64,000 bases of DNA, taken from Fonticula alba ATCC 38817 (taxonomy: Eukaryota; Protista; Nucleariida). This document shows positions 37,595-50,734 of the stretch, one piece after another. How positions within the stretch are numbered: position 1 is the stretch's first letter; each line of letters starts with the position of its first letter. The position numbers and the translations under genes were made by a program. A model generated the notes under the pieces. That model made no database searches and was not told the origin of the DNA. It saw only the letters and a program-made list of their open reading frames with translations. The stretch is from assembly GCA_000388065.2 (NCBI GenBank), contig KB932209.1, one strand, 5' to 3'.

Positions 37595-38947
37595 ATGTTC
37601 CGCAAGTGAGTCTCCCCTGCGCGCGCTGAGCTCCCCCTGCTTGTCTATTTGCCTCCCTCCTAACCCCATCCCCTCGCCCCCCCCCCCCCCCCCCGGGCCG
37701 GCCCCCCTGTCTTTCCCCCCCCCCCCCCCCCTCCACTTTGTCATCAGGTTTGATCCCTCCGAGGACATCTCCTCGCAGCAATTGCCGAAGTCTTCGGCTG
37801 TGCGCACCATCCGTGCTGCCATGCTGAAGCAGTTCCCGGCCTTTACTGATCCCTCGATTGCCCCGGCTGCCCCGGTGGTCCCGGTTCCTGCTGAGGATGC
37901 TCCTGCGGAGGATGCTCCCGCTGAGGACGCCACTGTCACCGAGGACGTTCCTGCCACCACTGAGGCCGCTTCGGGTGCCAAGGAGGAGGAGGAGGAGGAG
38001 GCCGAGCCGGTTCCCAACATCGGAGACATTGTCTTCCCCTCGACGACTAACTTCAAGATCCTGAAGAGGTATGCTTTCGGCCCGCCATGTGTCTCCTGCT
38101 ATGTGCCTGTCCCTCTCCTTCATCCCCTTCAGAGAGCCACCTACATGCAGGATGTGCACACACACACACACACATATACACACGTATATGTCGTCCCCAC
38201 CTCTCTGGCATGCCTGCTGTCCCATACTTACTCACTTTCCTCCGCCCCCCCCCNNNNNNNNNNCCCCCCCCCCCGCACACACACACACACAAAGCCGTCA
38301 TTTCTACACCATCTTTTCTGTCAACGACAAGCCGCAGTTTGTCCAGCTTGACGAGGGGGACATTTTCCCCACTCTGCGCGTCCTCCAGCGCTGTACGCTG
38401 CCCTACGCATATGCATTAGCACACACACACACACACACACAGCGTCAGGCAGGAGATGCGCGCCCACTCACAGACCAGTTGCTCCCATACACAGTCCCTC
38501 GCCTCATGCCTGGCATCTACGTCGATAAGGGTGCCGTGCGCCCCCTGATGGGCGGCTCTGACCTCATGGTTCCCGGTATCTACAAGCCCAGCCTCGAGGC
38601 CATCGGGGAGCTCCCGGCTGGCACCGTGGTGGCTGTCTATGCCATCGGTCTGCAGCATCCCTTCATGATCGGAAGGCTCACGTACAATGTCCGGACCATG
38701 TGCGTTTGGTGCAGCTTGTCCTCGGGCGATCCTCCCCCCGGGAACCGAAGACAGAGCGGTCCCATGTTGTTGCTGCTGGCCGTTTTACGCGCGCATTCCC
38801 CCCCTCCCCCCCCCCTTTTCTGACCTGTACTCACCCGCACTTGCACACACGCGTACACTCCGCTCCGCCAGTCTGGGCATGCAGACTGGCAACGTCGTGG
38901 AGAACCTCCACACCATGGGCGACGGTCTGTGGGAACATTCTAAGTAA
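37595..38947 (+). CDS. MCTS1: MCT-1/Tma20 PUA-domain translation re-initiation factor; exons 37595-37605, 37748-38068, 38295-38392, 38495-38699, 38872-38947
   Basis: MFRK/FDP...IFPTLRVLQR/FPRLMPGIYVDKGAVRPLMGGSDLMVPG...ILGMQTGNVVENLHTMGDGLW; four introns in consistent phase. Confidence 0.92.
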
Positions 38948-39319
38948 ACATCACGTGCATTGATGCCAACGATCCGGGATGCGCGTGTGTCTCTGCACGT
39001 CCGTGTGTGTGCCACACGTACACCGCGCGGGGCCCTGCCCCGGCGTGGCGTTGCCACCATCGTTGTCCCTCCCCCCCCTCCCTCCGAGTCTCCCCTTTCC
39101 CGCTTCTGGCGGCGGCCAACATTGCAAAATATACACTGTTGCCTTCCGTGTCGATTGTGTCCAGCCGACGTCCCCCCCCCACCCCCCGGAATATCCCTCT
39201 CCCCTTGCCTGGGTGGCTGTGGGGCCAGCGTGATCGAGCGGTACTGTCCTTGAGCGTCCGGCTTGAGAACGGCTCCACCCAGAGCCGGACTCCATACACA
39301 CGACCGTCCTCCCCCCCCC

Positions 39320-39350
<31 letters not shown>

Positions 39351-39449
39351 ACAACTACCCGCTTCACTTGCACTCCTATCCGCGATACACCCTCTTGTCC
39401 TGGAAAAAGAGACGAAAGGGAAGACAGCAAGCCAGCCCACGGAATTACC

Positions 39450-40264
39450 ATGACCGCCTCCGATGCCGACCCCGTAAAGATGGCCCAGGACCTCTCCTCC
39501 TCGTTGGAGGAGCTGGCCGGGCTCCTGGCACCGATGATGGGGAAGCCGCGCCCCGGCGACGACCGCGCCACCTTCTCCGGGTCGCTGATCAACCCGGACC
39601 AGCTGTCGGTAGCCGACACGCTGTCCATCATTGCCATCATCAGCCGATCCACCCACCTGCTTGCCCAGTGTGCGTACTTGTCTCGAATCTGTGTGCCTCT
39701 CTCCTACTCTTGCCAAGCGCGCCCCCACCACGCCTCCCGGCGTCCATGCGAGCCAATCCTCCCCTTCTCCCTTTTCTCACTCTTCATCTCCGCCCCCTCG
39801 CTCCTCCTACTGATGCATATGTACCTATACGCACACACACACACACACACACACATGCATCCGCACGTCGATCGTAGCTTGCCTCCAGACTGCTGGCCAC
39901 TCAACCACCGACCACCCTTCCAATGAGGCTCTGGTGCGTTCATCCGGATCTTGTCCGCCAAGCCGATGATCTACTCTCCTCCTATCCATCCCCTTCTAAA
40001 CCCCTTCCACTTCTCTCTTTCTCTCACACACACACACGTGCCGGCCATTCCTCGCCACAGGAGTCCCTCGTTGACTTCACCCAGAAACTTAAGCGTCATC
40101 CTGCCCTGGCGGGGCGCCTGCCGGAGTTCCAGGATCCCGCCGCTACCGAGGTGGCGGCAAGCATCATCTCCAACGAGCTGGAGCTGCCGAAGAAGCGGAA
40201 GGGCGCCTCTTCGGAGTCGGCTGACCAGAAGCGTAGCAAGAAGTCGGGTGACTCGGCCGAGTGA
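39450..40264 (+). CDS. Probable C1D/Rrp47 (Sas10/Utp3/C1D family) exosome cofactor; exons 39450-39669, 39878-39933, 40061-40264
   Basis: LSSSLEELAGLLAPM helix; spliced THLLAQ-SCLQTAGHSTTDHPSNEAL-ESLVDFTQKLK resembles C1D (YLATQG..P..HPV..EL.RI); basic NLS-like tail PKKRK...KRSKK. Confidence 0.55.
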
Positions 40265-41771
40265 TCAGACACATTAACCGAAATACACTCATGTGATATA
40301 TGCATTGTGCTTTGAACGGTTAAAACAGGGGCCAGGGGCCTGCTGTTTTGGCTGTGTCTGTCGAGCCCCCGGCATTGGTCAGCCATACCCGGGGGTACAA
40401 GGAGCAGCCATGTAGGACGTACTATCTCCCTCCAGCGGGGCATATCACCGGTGAATATGCACAGGAGCGCCGAGACGCAAGCATTGAGATCCGCATGCGG
40501 GGACAAGCTGCCAGAGGGGGGAGGGGGGTGGGGCGGGGGGCGGATGCCAGCAACGAACCGGTAACAATACGGGCATTCAGCCACGGGGCCGGCTTGGGCC
40601 TCGCCCCACCCACCGCCGCCCCCCCTTCCCGGCTCGTGGGAGCCGGCAGGGGCCTCCGTCGACGAGGCGAAGGTTAAGCGTGAGGCAAGGCTTAACTTGA
40701 ATGGAGGACCTGTGGGCTAAGCCTCGGTGGGATTCCGAACAACCCGGCCAGGGGGGAGGGGTGTATCTGGCGAAGGGCTTTGGGCGAGGCGGCGAGAGGG
40801 GCAGCGGGGAGTCCAGGGGGCGAAGTGTGGGGAGGGGATGGTCCTGCGTCTGCACACGCGGCCGCCCCGCCTACCCGCCTGTGGAGTCGAGGCCGGGACA
40901 GGCGGCTGGCGATCTTCCTATTCCTGTGGCCCTGCCATTCACGCGCGGGCTCCCTGGCCAAGTGGCCAGAGAGGGGGCCCAATGGAGCGTCAGCGTCCTG
41001 GGTCAAGGGACGGGGGGAGGGGGTTGTGTGAGACCGTTTGTGGCCGATTTTGACCTCCCTTCCTGCTCGTCGGGCATCCGGAGGAGTCACTTCCAAGTGC
41101 AGCAGCCACCGGGCAGAAGGGCCGAGTGGATAGGCGCCCCCCCTCCCCCCCTCTTCCTTGGTTTCCACGGCTCAATCCTCTCCGAATGGGGGAAGATCAG
41201 AGCTGCGGAGAGACAGGCACCCCTCGCCGGGCGCGGTTCCCTCAGCCGGGGCTGGGGGGAGGGGACCGGGAGGCGGGCGAGGGGGGTCCCTTCCGGTGCA
41301 GCCCGTGGGCCCGCCTCCGCAAGCAGAGAAGCGACGTTGAAGAGGTGCCCCTTGAGAGGGGATCTCGCCCAGATGCCCAGGATATACACTCTCCCCCCTC
41401 CCTCCTCCTCCTCCTCTGCCTGCCCTTTGCCACGCCCCTTGATCCATTGACGAAGCAGCTCGCTTTTCTGACAGCGCGTTGTCTTTGGCCGCGTTGCCTG
41501 TCTCCGTGCGTGTGTGTGTGTGTGTGACCATCCATTTGCCAGTACATTTGCCTGTGCATGAGCGTGCACCTCGGCCGGACCTCGCATCACCCTGCCCCCG
41601 CCCCGCCTCGGTCCTGTCTTCGGCTGTCAAGGCGCACCAGTCTCGCGACCGCGCCAGCACACTGCACGCGTGCGCCGCCGGGCACCGGGTCAAAGCGACC
41701 ATCTCGCTCGATACCGCTCAATCGCGCGCAACGAGAGGTGAGCCGAAAAAGAGCCACAAACATCGGCCATC

Positions 41772-44700
41772 ATGAGCACGGCCAAGCACGAGGAAGGGGC
41801 CCCAGTTCCCTTCCGGGCGTCGCGCCTGGCGGCCTTCGCCATCCGGCCAGGCTCGGTGACCAACACCCCCTCCCCGCGCATTGGCACGCCGCCCATCCAT
41901 GCACACGCACCGCCGGTGCCCGGCGGCAACTCGCTTGCCGATCGGCCCGCGTCCGGTGATGCGACCAGGGATTTCGGCCGCATGGACTACCAGGCGCCGG
42001 GGCACCCTCATGAGCGAGCCCCCCGGCGGCTTTCCTTCCTGGGCCGAAGCCAGGCCATGCCGCTGCAGTCGTCGGGCGCCTGGTCCGACACCGGGTCCAG
42101 CAGCCAAGAGAGTCTGCATGATGTGCAGTCATCACAGCACCAGCAGCAGCTCCAGCAGGCGCCGCCGCCCGCGTACGACCTGGCTGGCTCGATGGCGGTG
42201 CAGATGATCCCCGCGGCCGGCGGGCCGGGGCCCGACTCGGCGGCCTACTCGGCGGCCAGGTGGAATGCCACTTCGCCACCCTATCCCGAAGACGTGTCCG
42301 GCGGGGGCCCCGGAAATGGCCATGCGACGGGCGACCCGAGCCTGGACATGGCGCGCCAGCAATCGTCCTCAAGTACGCCGACGAGCGCCCGGCCAGGCCA
42401 GCGTGTGCGTGTTCCCCATCCTCCGGCAGGGCCCGGTGGCGGTTGCTTTTCCTTTCCATGGCCGGGGAGACATGTCCACCAAGCGAGAGGGAGGGGTACC
42501 TGTGGGGCTGACCCGGAATGATCGCCCTGTCGCTGGCTGTACATGTGTGTGTGTGTGTGTGTGCGCGCGCGCGTGCGTGCGTTTGCGTGCGTGGGGCATT
42601 ACAGCACCGACGCGCCACCGTGGCCCGCAATGTCCACCGGCTGCTGGCCGCACATCGGTCCTTTGCTCGGTTCATGCAATGGTGCAAGATGGCCGTGTCC
42701 TTTGTGGAGGTGCGTGTGAATGCGACCCGTCAGGTGCTCCTCTACAGCGGGCCATGCCATTCCTAACCCGGGGAACTCCCTTGGGGGCCCGGCCATGCCC
42801 TGCTTCGCCCTTCTCCCTCCTGGCCTGGGCCTTTGGCGCCGGAGCAGATCCTGGTCGACACGGCCGCCTTGACCATCGGGCCTTCGACGGGCCAGTGCGC
42901 GCCGCTTTTTAAGTTCCTGATCGCGCATCTGGCCATGTCGGCCGGCTTTGCGGCCCTGTCGATAGTCACCCTGGCCCTGATGACTGGAAGCCCGGCCGAG
43001 GAGAGACGCCCAGTCAAGTAGTGCGTACACATGGCCGACGTGCGGAGGCGGAGGGGGCAAAGTGGCGGTTCGCACTCGGTGGTGCCCATACAAGACAGCT
43101 GCACCCGGGCCCCGGCGGTTTCCCGGGGGGGGGGGGCCGGGTGGGGCCGGAAGCCCGGGCGGCAAGCGGTGTGGCCACGCGCAAGAGCGAACGCGAAGCA
43201 CTGACACCCGGGAAAATGTGGCGGGCGGATGGGCGTGTGGGAAACACACGGCAGTGCTCGTCGGACCCTGCGCGTCATGGGCACGGCCTGGTTCGCCGGG
43301 GCCCATTGGTATATGTTCCGCCGCGGGGGGTACACCCTGCACCGGGCGCCGGTCATGCATTGGACCACCGTGGCCTGGATCGTCAAGGGCTACATCTCCC
43401 TGGCCATGCCGCTGATCATCCAGTTGGTGCTGCTGACGTGCCTGCCCTGTGTCATGGGAGCCTGGTCGGCGGCGGCGACGGGAGCGGCGGCGGCGGCGAG
43501 CGCGCGCGCGGCCGCCGGTCAGCAGGGAGATGGCGGGAGGCGCGGCGGCTCTTCGGCATCGAATGCGCCAAAGGTCGACAAGGGCGCCGATGAGGCTCGC
43601 ATCAAGAGTGCGTATCGTGGTGCTCATGGCATATGTGGCGGCGTGGGAAGAGCCAACCCATGGGGGGGGGGGGGGGGCACGCACCAAAGGGCCCGGCAGA
43701 GATGAGAGTGGATGCGGGCTAGGCGGCGACCGGCAAGCGGGGGACTCGGAGGACACGGATGCTGACCCGCGCCTTTTGCTTCATCCTGCCACGGGCGGCC
43801 GGGCGCGATGGCCGGGCCCGCATGTGCAGATCTTCCAGCCTTGGTGTTCCAGCCCGGCGGGGATCTGGCCGACGACGACGCCCTGTGTGCCATTTGCCTG
43901 GGGGATTATGAGCCAGGCGAGACGGTGCGTGGGCCTCGTGCGAGAGGCTGGACAGATTTCATGCCCAGGGTGTTTGAACCAAGGGGGGAGGGGGGGGAGG
44001 CACCCCCCTGACCTTTGCTTAGTTGAGGGCTCTGGAGGGGGGGGGGCAGACACGCACTGCCTTGGCGCTGGCGGTTGTGCCGCAGCCGCCTGAAATGGAC
44101 AAGCATCCCCGGTGTGCGAATCCAGCATCCAGTCGATGGGTCTGCAAGGAGCCCCCTGGATCTGGATGGGATCCTCTGGAGAGCCAGCTCCAGTGCCTCG
44201 CGGGGAGTGGCTTTGCACATGTCGCGCGTCCACAGCCGAGGACCCTGCCGCCCTTGGCAGGGCAATATCACGGCCTGGCGGTCGGGACGCGGCGCGGCCA
44301 AGGCCAGACGAGGGCGGGCGGGCGGCCGAGGCGTACCGTCCGCCCGAGAGTGGGGGCCTGAGCCCCGCAACAGGCCTGAGCCTTGAAGGGCCTGGCCGGG
44401 TAGAGTGCCTTGGGCTCGGGGGGGGGGGGGGGGCCTCGCGTGCTGGCGACATGGCCCCGAGCCTGGACGACATGCAGGCAGACATTGGCTCCTCTGTTGT
44501 GCACGGGTCTTGGCCTCCCCCCCCCCCCCCCTGCCCCCGGAGGCGCGCAAAGACAGGGGGGGGGCGAGAAGGAAAGGCGGCAGGGTGGCGAGGAGACATG
44601 ACCTCTTCCTCTCGAGCCATGGTGGCTGTGCTCCGGTGACTGACTGCCAATTTCCTGAACTTGCGTGGATGATGTGACGGGCCGGGGCCCCAGTTCCGGC

Positions 44701-45794
44701 GCCTGCCCTGCAAGCACCACTTCCATATGCGCTGCATTGACCAGTGGCTGCCGGTGAACAAGCAGTACGTGGAAGGAAGTGTGTAGGGGGCGCGCGGCTT
44801 TGGTGGTTGCATTTCGGCTGACCGACCTGCGTCTTGGGTGGATGGGGCCATTGGGCTCGGAAGCTGCCCGCTGTGCATGCAATCCATCGACTCGGTGCCC
44901 TCCGCGGGCGATGCATCGCCCCTGGGCGGGCGCGCCGACGGGGGGGTGGGCATCATCCTTGGCTTGAGCGGCCTCGGCGGGGCGCTCTTCCTGGGTACGG
45001 GCACCAGTCGCGCCTCTTCGCGCGGGTCGCTCGACGCCTCCTCGCCCGGGAGCAGCCCCGGCGGTGGGGCCCTGAGCACCGGCACCGAGGGCCCGTACCG
45101 CCTGCAGCAGCAGCAGCAGCAACAGCAGCAACAACATGTCCTGCCGACCGTGGGCCCAGGCAGCAACGGCAGCGGCAGCGGCAGCGAGGCGTGTGTCTCG
45201 GTTGCCGGGTCTTCCGGGCCGCGGGCCGGCCACCGCCAGTTGACCCCGGACCTCAGCGCATACCGGCTGCATGTGGCATGCGGCCGCTGTGGCGACCAGT
45301 ACCCCGCGTCCTCCCGGCGATTGGCCACCGATGTGCCGGGGCTCTGCGGCCGGTGCCAGTCGGCGAACAGCGGCACGCCGGGTGCCGGCAGCGGCGCCGG
45401 CGGCGGGAGTGTCCCCGCCGGGGTGCTGGCTGCGCACCCGGCTGCCGGCGGAGCCGGGACCCCGGGCGACGGGGCCACGGGCGGGGCTCTGGCGCACCAG
45501 CACCTGGCCACGGGCGGCGGAGCGGTGGCCGCCAGCGATGGGTCGTTGATCCTGCTGCCAGGGTCGGCAGCCGGAACAACGGGCCTGGGCGAAGAGCGGC
45601 CCGGCTCCGGGGCTGGCGTCGGTGGTGCCACCGCCACCCTTGGTGGTGGTGGCGGCGGCGGCGGCGGCCGGGGAACAGGCCCAGCCGCCGACCAGGCCGA
45701 CCTCCCCGACCGGTATTCGCTGGTGGCCGTGGCCGGCGACCGCGAAGGCCGCCATCCCACCCCGGGCGGCACCCTGAAGGTCCGCTCACCCTAG
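41772..45794 (+). CDS. Multi-pass transmembrane RING-H2 E3 ligase (plant At4g11680/At1g63170-like architecture) with long C-terminal extension; multi-exon
   Basis: TM segments APLFKFLIAHLAMSAGFAAL, AWFAGAHWYMF, APVMHWTTVAWIVKGYISLAMPLIIQLVLLTCLPCV; RING over three exons DDALCAICLGDYEPGET/FRRLPCKHHFHMRCIDQWLPVNK/HCPLC (43830-43924, 44694-44764, 44864-). 5' exon boundaries are approximate. Confidence 0.8.
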
Positions 45795-46287
45795 AGAGAG
45801 AGAGAGAGAGAGGGAGAGAAAGTTCACGCGTGCCGGGCCGGCTCCCCGCGCGGGGGCGGTGCCTTGGTGGCCACAAAGGCAGCACGGGAGCAGGGCGGCC
45901 CCGGGATGCCAAGGAGCGGCCGAGAAGCGCCCAGGGGCGGGCGGGGGGGGGCGCCCAGCCCCGTCTTCGTGAACTTGGCCCTCGGACCCGGCGGCCGAGC
46001 CGCGCCGCGCCGCGCCGCGCCGCGCCCACACCCCCCAAAGAAGGAGGCGCGCAGGGAGCGCGGGCCCGCCGGCGGGGCGTGAGTCCCCCATTGCACGGTG
46101 TGCGTGTGGGCCGGAGGCGAAGGGAGGGGGGAACCGGGCCGGGCAACGGTCGTGCGACCTCCGGCCCCTCCTCGCCCTCTTCCAAGCATCGGGGGGTGCT
46201 CTGTTCCGTAACATGCTTTTCCCCCGCCCAAGCGGAGTTACCTTCGGCGAACAGAGCACGACGGGGCGGGGCGGGGCGGGGGGGGGG

Positions 46288-47207
46288 NNNNNNNNNNNNN
46301 NNNNNNNNNNNNNNNNNNNNNNNNNNNNNNNNNNNNNNNNNNNNNNNNNNNNNNNNNNNNNNNNNNNNNNNNNNNNNNNNNNNNNNNNNNNNNNNNNNNN
46401 NNNNNNNNNNNNNNNNNNNNNNNNNNNNNNNNNNNNNNNNNNNNNNNNNNNNNNNNNNNNNNNNNNNNNNNNNNNNNNNNNNNNNNNNNNNNNNNNNNNN
46501 NNNNNNNNNNNNNNNNNNNNNNNNNNNNNNNNNNNNNNNNNNNNNNNNNNNNNNNNNNNNNNNNNNNNNNNNNNNNNNNNNNNNNNNNNNNNNNNNNNNN
46601 NNNNNNNNNNNNNNNNNNNNNNNNNNNNNNNNNNNNNNNNNNNNNNNNNNNNNNNNNNNNNNNNNNNNNNNNNNNNNNNNNNNNNNNNNNNNNNNNNNNN
46701 NNNNNNNNNNNNNNNNNNNNNNNNNNNNNNNNNNNNNNNNNNNNNNNNNNNNNNNNNNNNNNNNNNNNNNNNNNNNNNNNNNNNNNNNNNNNNNNNNNNN
46801 NNNNNNNNNNNNNNNNNNNNNNNNNNNNNNNNNNNNNNNNNNNNNNNNNNNNNNNNNNNNNNNNNNNNNNNNNNNNNNNNNNNNNNNNNNNNNNNNNNNN
46901 NNNNNNNNNNNNNNNNNNNNNNNNNNNNNNNNNNNNNNNNNNNNNNNNNNNNNNNNNNNNNNNNNNNNNNNNNNNNNNNNNNNNNNNNNNNNNNNNNNNN
47001 NNNNNNNNNNNNNNNNNNNNNNNNNNNNNNNNNNNNNNNNNNNNNNNNNNNNNNNNNNNNNNNNNNNNNNNNNNNNNNNNNNNNNNNNNNNNNNNNNNNN
47101 NNNNNNNNNNNNNNNNNNNNNNNNNNNNNNNNNNNNNNNNNNNNNNNNNNNNNNNNNNNNNNNNNNNNNNNNNNNNNNNNNNNNNNNNNNNNNNNNNNNN
47201 NNNNNNG
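46288..47207. other. Assembly gap (N), flanked by G tracts
   Basis: Run of N. Confidence 1.
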
Positions 47208-50200
47208 GGGGGGGGCGAAGCTTGAGAAGGAGCGACCGAAGGCTGTTCGTGCGTGTTGCCATGGGGCGCGGCGGGGAGTGACTCAGCGCGCGCAACCGCG
47301 CCCACCGGACGTCGACCAACCGTTGGCATCAAGTCATCGGCGCGTGTTCGCCCGGAGCCATGCGCGGCTGCGTCGTTGCCGGCGCCGGCGGGCCCCCCTG
47401 GGGGAGGCGGGGGGGGGACAAGGAGACGCCTGGGCCTCGTCGTGCGCCGCCGCCTGTCGCACTGGGGCGCGGGCTCTTTCCGGGGAGCGGGGCTGGGGGA
47501 AGCATGCGCGCGCATCGGCGGGGTTGGGTGGGTTCCGGGCCTCCCCCGCCGTCGCCCCTGGCCCGGGGGGGGGGGGGGGCAGTGGATCCGACCGGGGCGT
47601 CCGACGGTTGGGCCCCACAAGGCCGGAGATGCGGTTGGGCCGTGGCATGCCGTCTTGAGGCCGCGCGACGCGCCGATGGTAAGGCTGACGGGAGACCGTG
47701 CGCCGGAGAGCCAGCTCTCCGGCGCCCGGGCAGCGCCACATGCCGGCGCGCCCGCGGGTCCGCTCCTCGCCCGGCGCGTTTACCCCGGGGGACTAGCCGA
47801 CGTTATGACCGGGCCCGGGAGGGCAGGCTGGGGGGCCGGGAGACGCCCGGTTTCCGCCCTGGCCGGGGGGCGATGTGTCCGGTCCGGCTGGGCAACAACG
47901 GACCTCGATGCGCGAATCCGGCCGCGCGCGCGCCGGCACCCACGGCCGGGGGGCGGGGGGGGGGGCGGGGGCATTCTTGGCTCGACCATGGCGGCACATA
48001 TGGATGTGTGCCCGGGGTAGCGGCCGCTGCCGGGCCCCAGCTGCCAGGCCCCCCACCGCCCCCGGTCAACCGGCGTCGGGCCTCGGATGGAGCCGCGCGT
48101 CCCGGGGGCGGCACAGGCGGCTGGGGCGGGGGAGGCGCGCGCCGGCGCGGGAGAAGGGAACACCAGCCGACGGGGGGCGGAGGGGGCAGGGGGGGGGGGG
48201 ACAGGGGTATGCGCCCCATGCAGCCCCAGGAGAGAATGCCTGGACGGGGGGCTGCCAGGGGCTGCGGGTTCGGGGCTGCATGCCATTCGTGCGCAGCCCC
48301 GGACCCGCTGCCCGAAGGCACGCCCCCACCTGCTGGGGCATTGCCTCATCGGCCGGCCCGGCCCGGCCGGGCTCCGGTGCGTGTCTGAGAGCCCTGCCCG
48401 AGAATGTCCCTCCCGGCTGGGGCCCAGCCGTGAGGAAGCGGGCGCGTGTGTGATGATCCTCCCCCCCCTCCCCCCCTGCCAACGGGGGCCGCCGGTGGTG
48501 CCGGCCCGCAGCGAACACGCGCGCCTCCGTTCGCCTTCTCGGTGTGGCGCGGTGGGCAAGTGGGCAGGAGCCTGACCTGGCGCGTGCACGCGCCCACACT
48601 TCCCGTCCGCCCGTCCGCCCGCCTGCCCACTCGGTCGTCGGGCTGGGCACCTCCGAAGTCAGGGCCGAAGGTGTGGCCCCCTGCGCGCGCGGCCGGCGGC
48701 CCCGCCCCCCCCCCCCCGCCCGGTGCCCCCAGCATGCCCGACGGGGTCCGCGCCCGTGCGAGGGGCGAGGCTCTCCTGTTGTTGATGCACGAGCCGGGCC
48801 CGCGACACTCATATGTGTGCGAGCGCGCGCGCGCGCGCGCACAGCGTCGCCTCCAGCACTGGCACCATGGGGGCAAACTTTGCCTTCTGCCCCTTGTGTC
48901 CTCCGGGCCCCCCTGGCGGAACGACTGTTTCACTCCCTGAAAGTTCCGCCGACCTCCGCACGGAGCGGGGAGCCGGCCGGCGCCACGGAGCATATGTTCT
49001 CGCCCGCGTTGGTGGCCGGCTGGTGGCCCGGCTCGCCGCACCCCTCCAGGGGCAAGTGCGCCCGCCCCTCCCCGGTTCGTTGCCCCTGCTCCGCGCTGGG
49101 TCATCTCGCCCTCCGGCGTGAGGGGCCGTCGTGCTGATTCCGGCGTTGGGGCGGACGTCGCGCGTCTGACTCTCTCTCCCCCTCGCTCGAGCTCGAGCTC
49201 CGGCTTCTCGAGAGGGGTGGGCTCTCCTCTCGCGCGGGGTAATGGGACAGGGGCGGCCGGCCGCCCCTCGTGGGGTTGATCTCCGGAGCAGCCCGACTCG
49301 CGTCGATGGGTCATCCTGTGTGTGTGTCCCTGGACTCCCCCCGCTGCATGGTCGGCCGTGGGAGGGGGTGGGGGCGGGGCCGAGTCGGGTGCACCATCTG
49401 ACGCCCCCGCCCGGTGCCGCCGCCCCCTCGCCTTACGCCTTCCCTTTGGGTGTCGGTCGTCCCGGCGGGGTCCCATACGCCGGGCAGGAGGAGGGGGGGG
49501 GGGGGGGCCAGGACATCGGACACCTGGCGAGGGCGGAGCCCGCGCGGCGACCGACACCGCCCGGCCGGTCGGGCCCTTGCCCCCGCCCTCCCGGGCCGAA
49601 TGGAACACGCCTCGTGCCGGCGCCACGGGCAGGCTCACCCGGGGATCCCGGTGACCAGCTACAGCGCGAGGAGGGGGATGCCCCATGCTTGTGCGGTCCA
49701 TTCCGGCCGCCGCCGCCGCCGGGCTGCCCGCCCCCTGCCTGCTGCTCGCGGCCCATATGATGGTCGTTGCTCGAAGCGGAAAGACGCGCCGCTGTGTGGT
49801 GCCCGGTCCCGACTGCCCCCGTCCCCCCGCCGGAGAACATGGTCGTGCTCATGTCGGCACTCGGGCGCCTGCCCGCCGGGCCTCCATCCCCCGGTGCCCC
49901 CGAGGCCGACCCCGAGCGCGTGTGACCGGCATGAGTTATTTCTCCAGGGACCAGCCGGCTCCCATGCCCCTGGATGCACCGATATTGAGGTGGGAAGGCG
50001 TGCCCCTTCCCCCCCCCCGGGAGCCGGAGGGTCGATCACTTCCCGGAACGTGCGCTCCCCCTGGGGGGCATCCCACATTGGGAGAGGCGACCCGGGGGCG
50101 GGTGGCGCGTGCTCTTGCATACCTGCCGGCCCCCACCTGCCCCCTTTTGCTGGCGTGCGCGCGATGCCTGCCAGATGCTTCTGCCTTTCTCGCCGGCTCC

Positions 50201-50493
50201 CAGGGTACTCTGCCGGCTCCTGGGTGTGCTTCGCCCCCGAACAGAGCGAGAGAGACATACACAAGTTTTGATGCATCGTTTCTCCCCTCCCCCCCCCTCC
50301 CCCCGTGCGCCCCCCTGTCCTGCTCGCATGCCTGGAACCCACTCGGCCGGGCAGGCAGGGGCAGGGACATCAAATGACCCATTGCGTATGCCCCTTTCTG
50401 TCTGGGCGGGGCAGGGGGGCCGGTCTGTGTCGCTGGTGGCGACCGCCCCGGAGATCTCCCGGCGCTTAAACGTGTGTGCGCGCTTATGCATGT

Positions 50494-50520
50494 GCCGTGA
50501 GCCGTGAGCCGTGAGCCGTG
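50494..50520. repeat. GCCGTGA heptamer tandem repeat x3.9
   Basis: Visible; ~210 nt upstream of the TATA-like box at 50728. Confidence 0.9.
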
Positions 50521-50727
50521 TGGGTGGGTGGGTGCGCGCGCGTCCGGGAACGGTGCTGCCTGGCGACGATCGCCAGGCCCTTCGGGGGCGGATGGGGGTC
50601 GGTCAGGCGCGGCGCCGAGGTGGCGCGGCTGCCGCCGAGGGCGTGTTGCCGCCAAGTTGCTCCTCGTCCCCCGTCGCCGGTGCCTCCCCCCCCCCCCGGG
50701 GGGGGGGGGGGGGGGCGGCCGAGGGGA

Positions 50728-50734
50728 TATATAT
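50728..50734 (+). promoter_or_regulatory. TATA-like box
   Basis: TATATAT in very GC-rich DNA, ~100 nt upstream of ATG 50833; same arrangement as at eEF1B-gamma. Confidence 0.5.

Noticed and set aside
45253-47658. ORFs of 460-815 aa spanning N runs (also at 10967-12262, 17602-19257, 29452-30137)
   Set aside because: Artefacts of translating through gaps.
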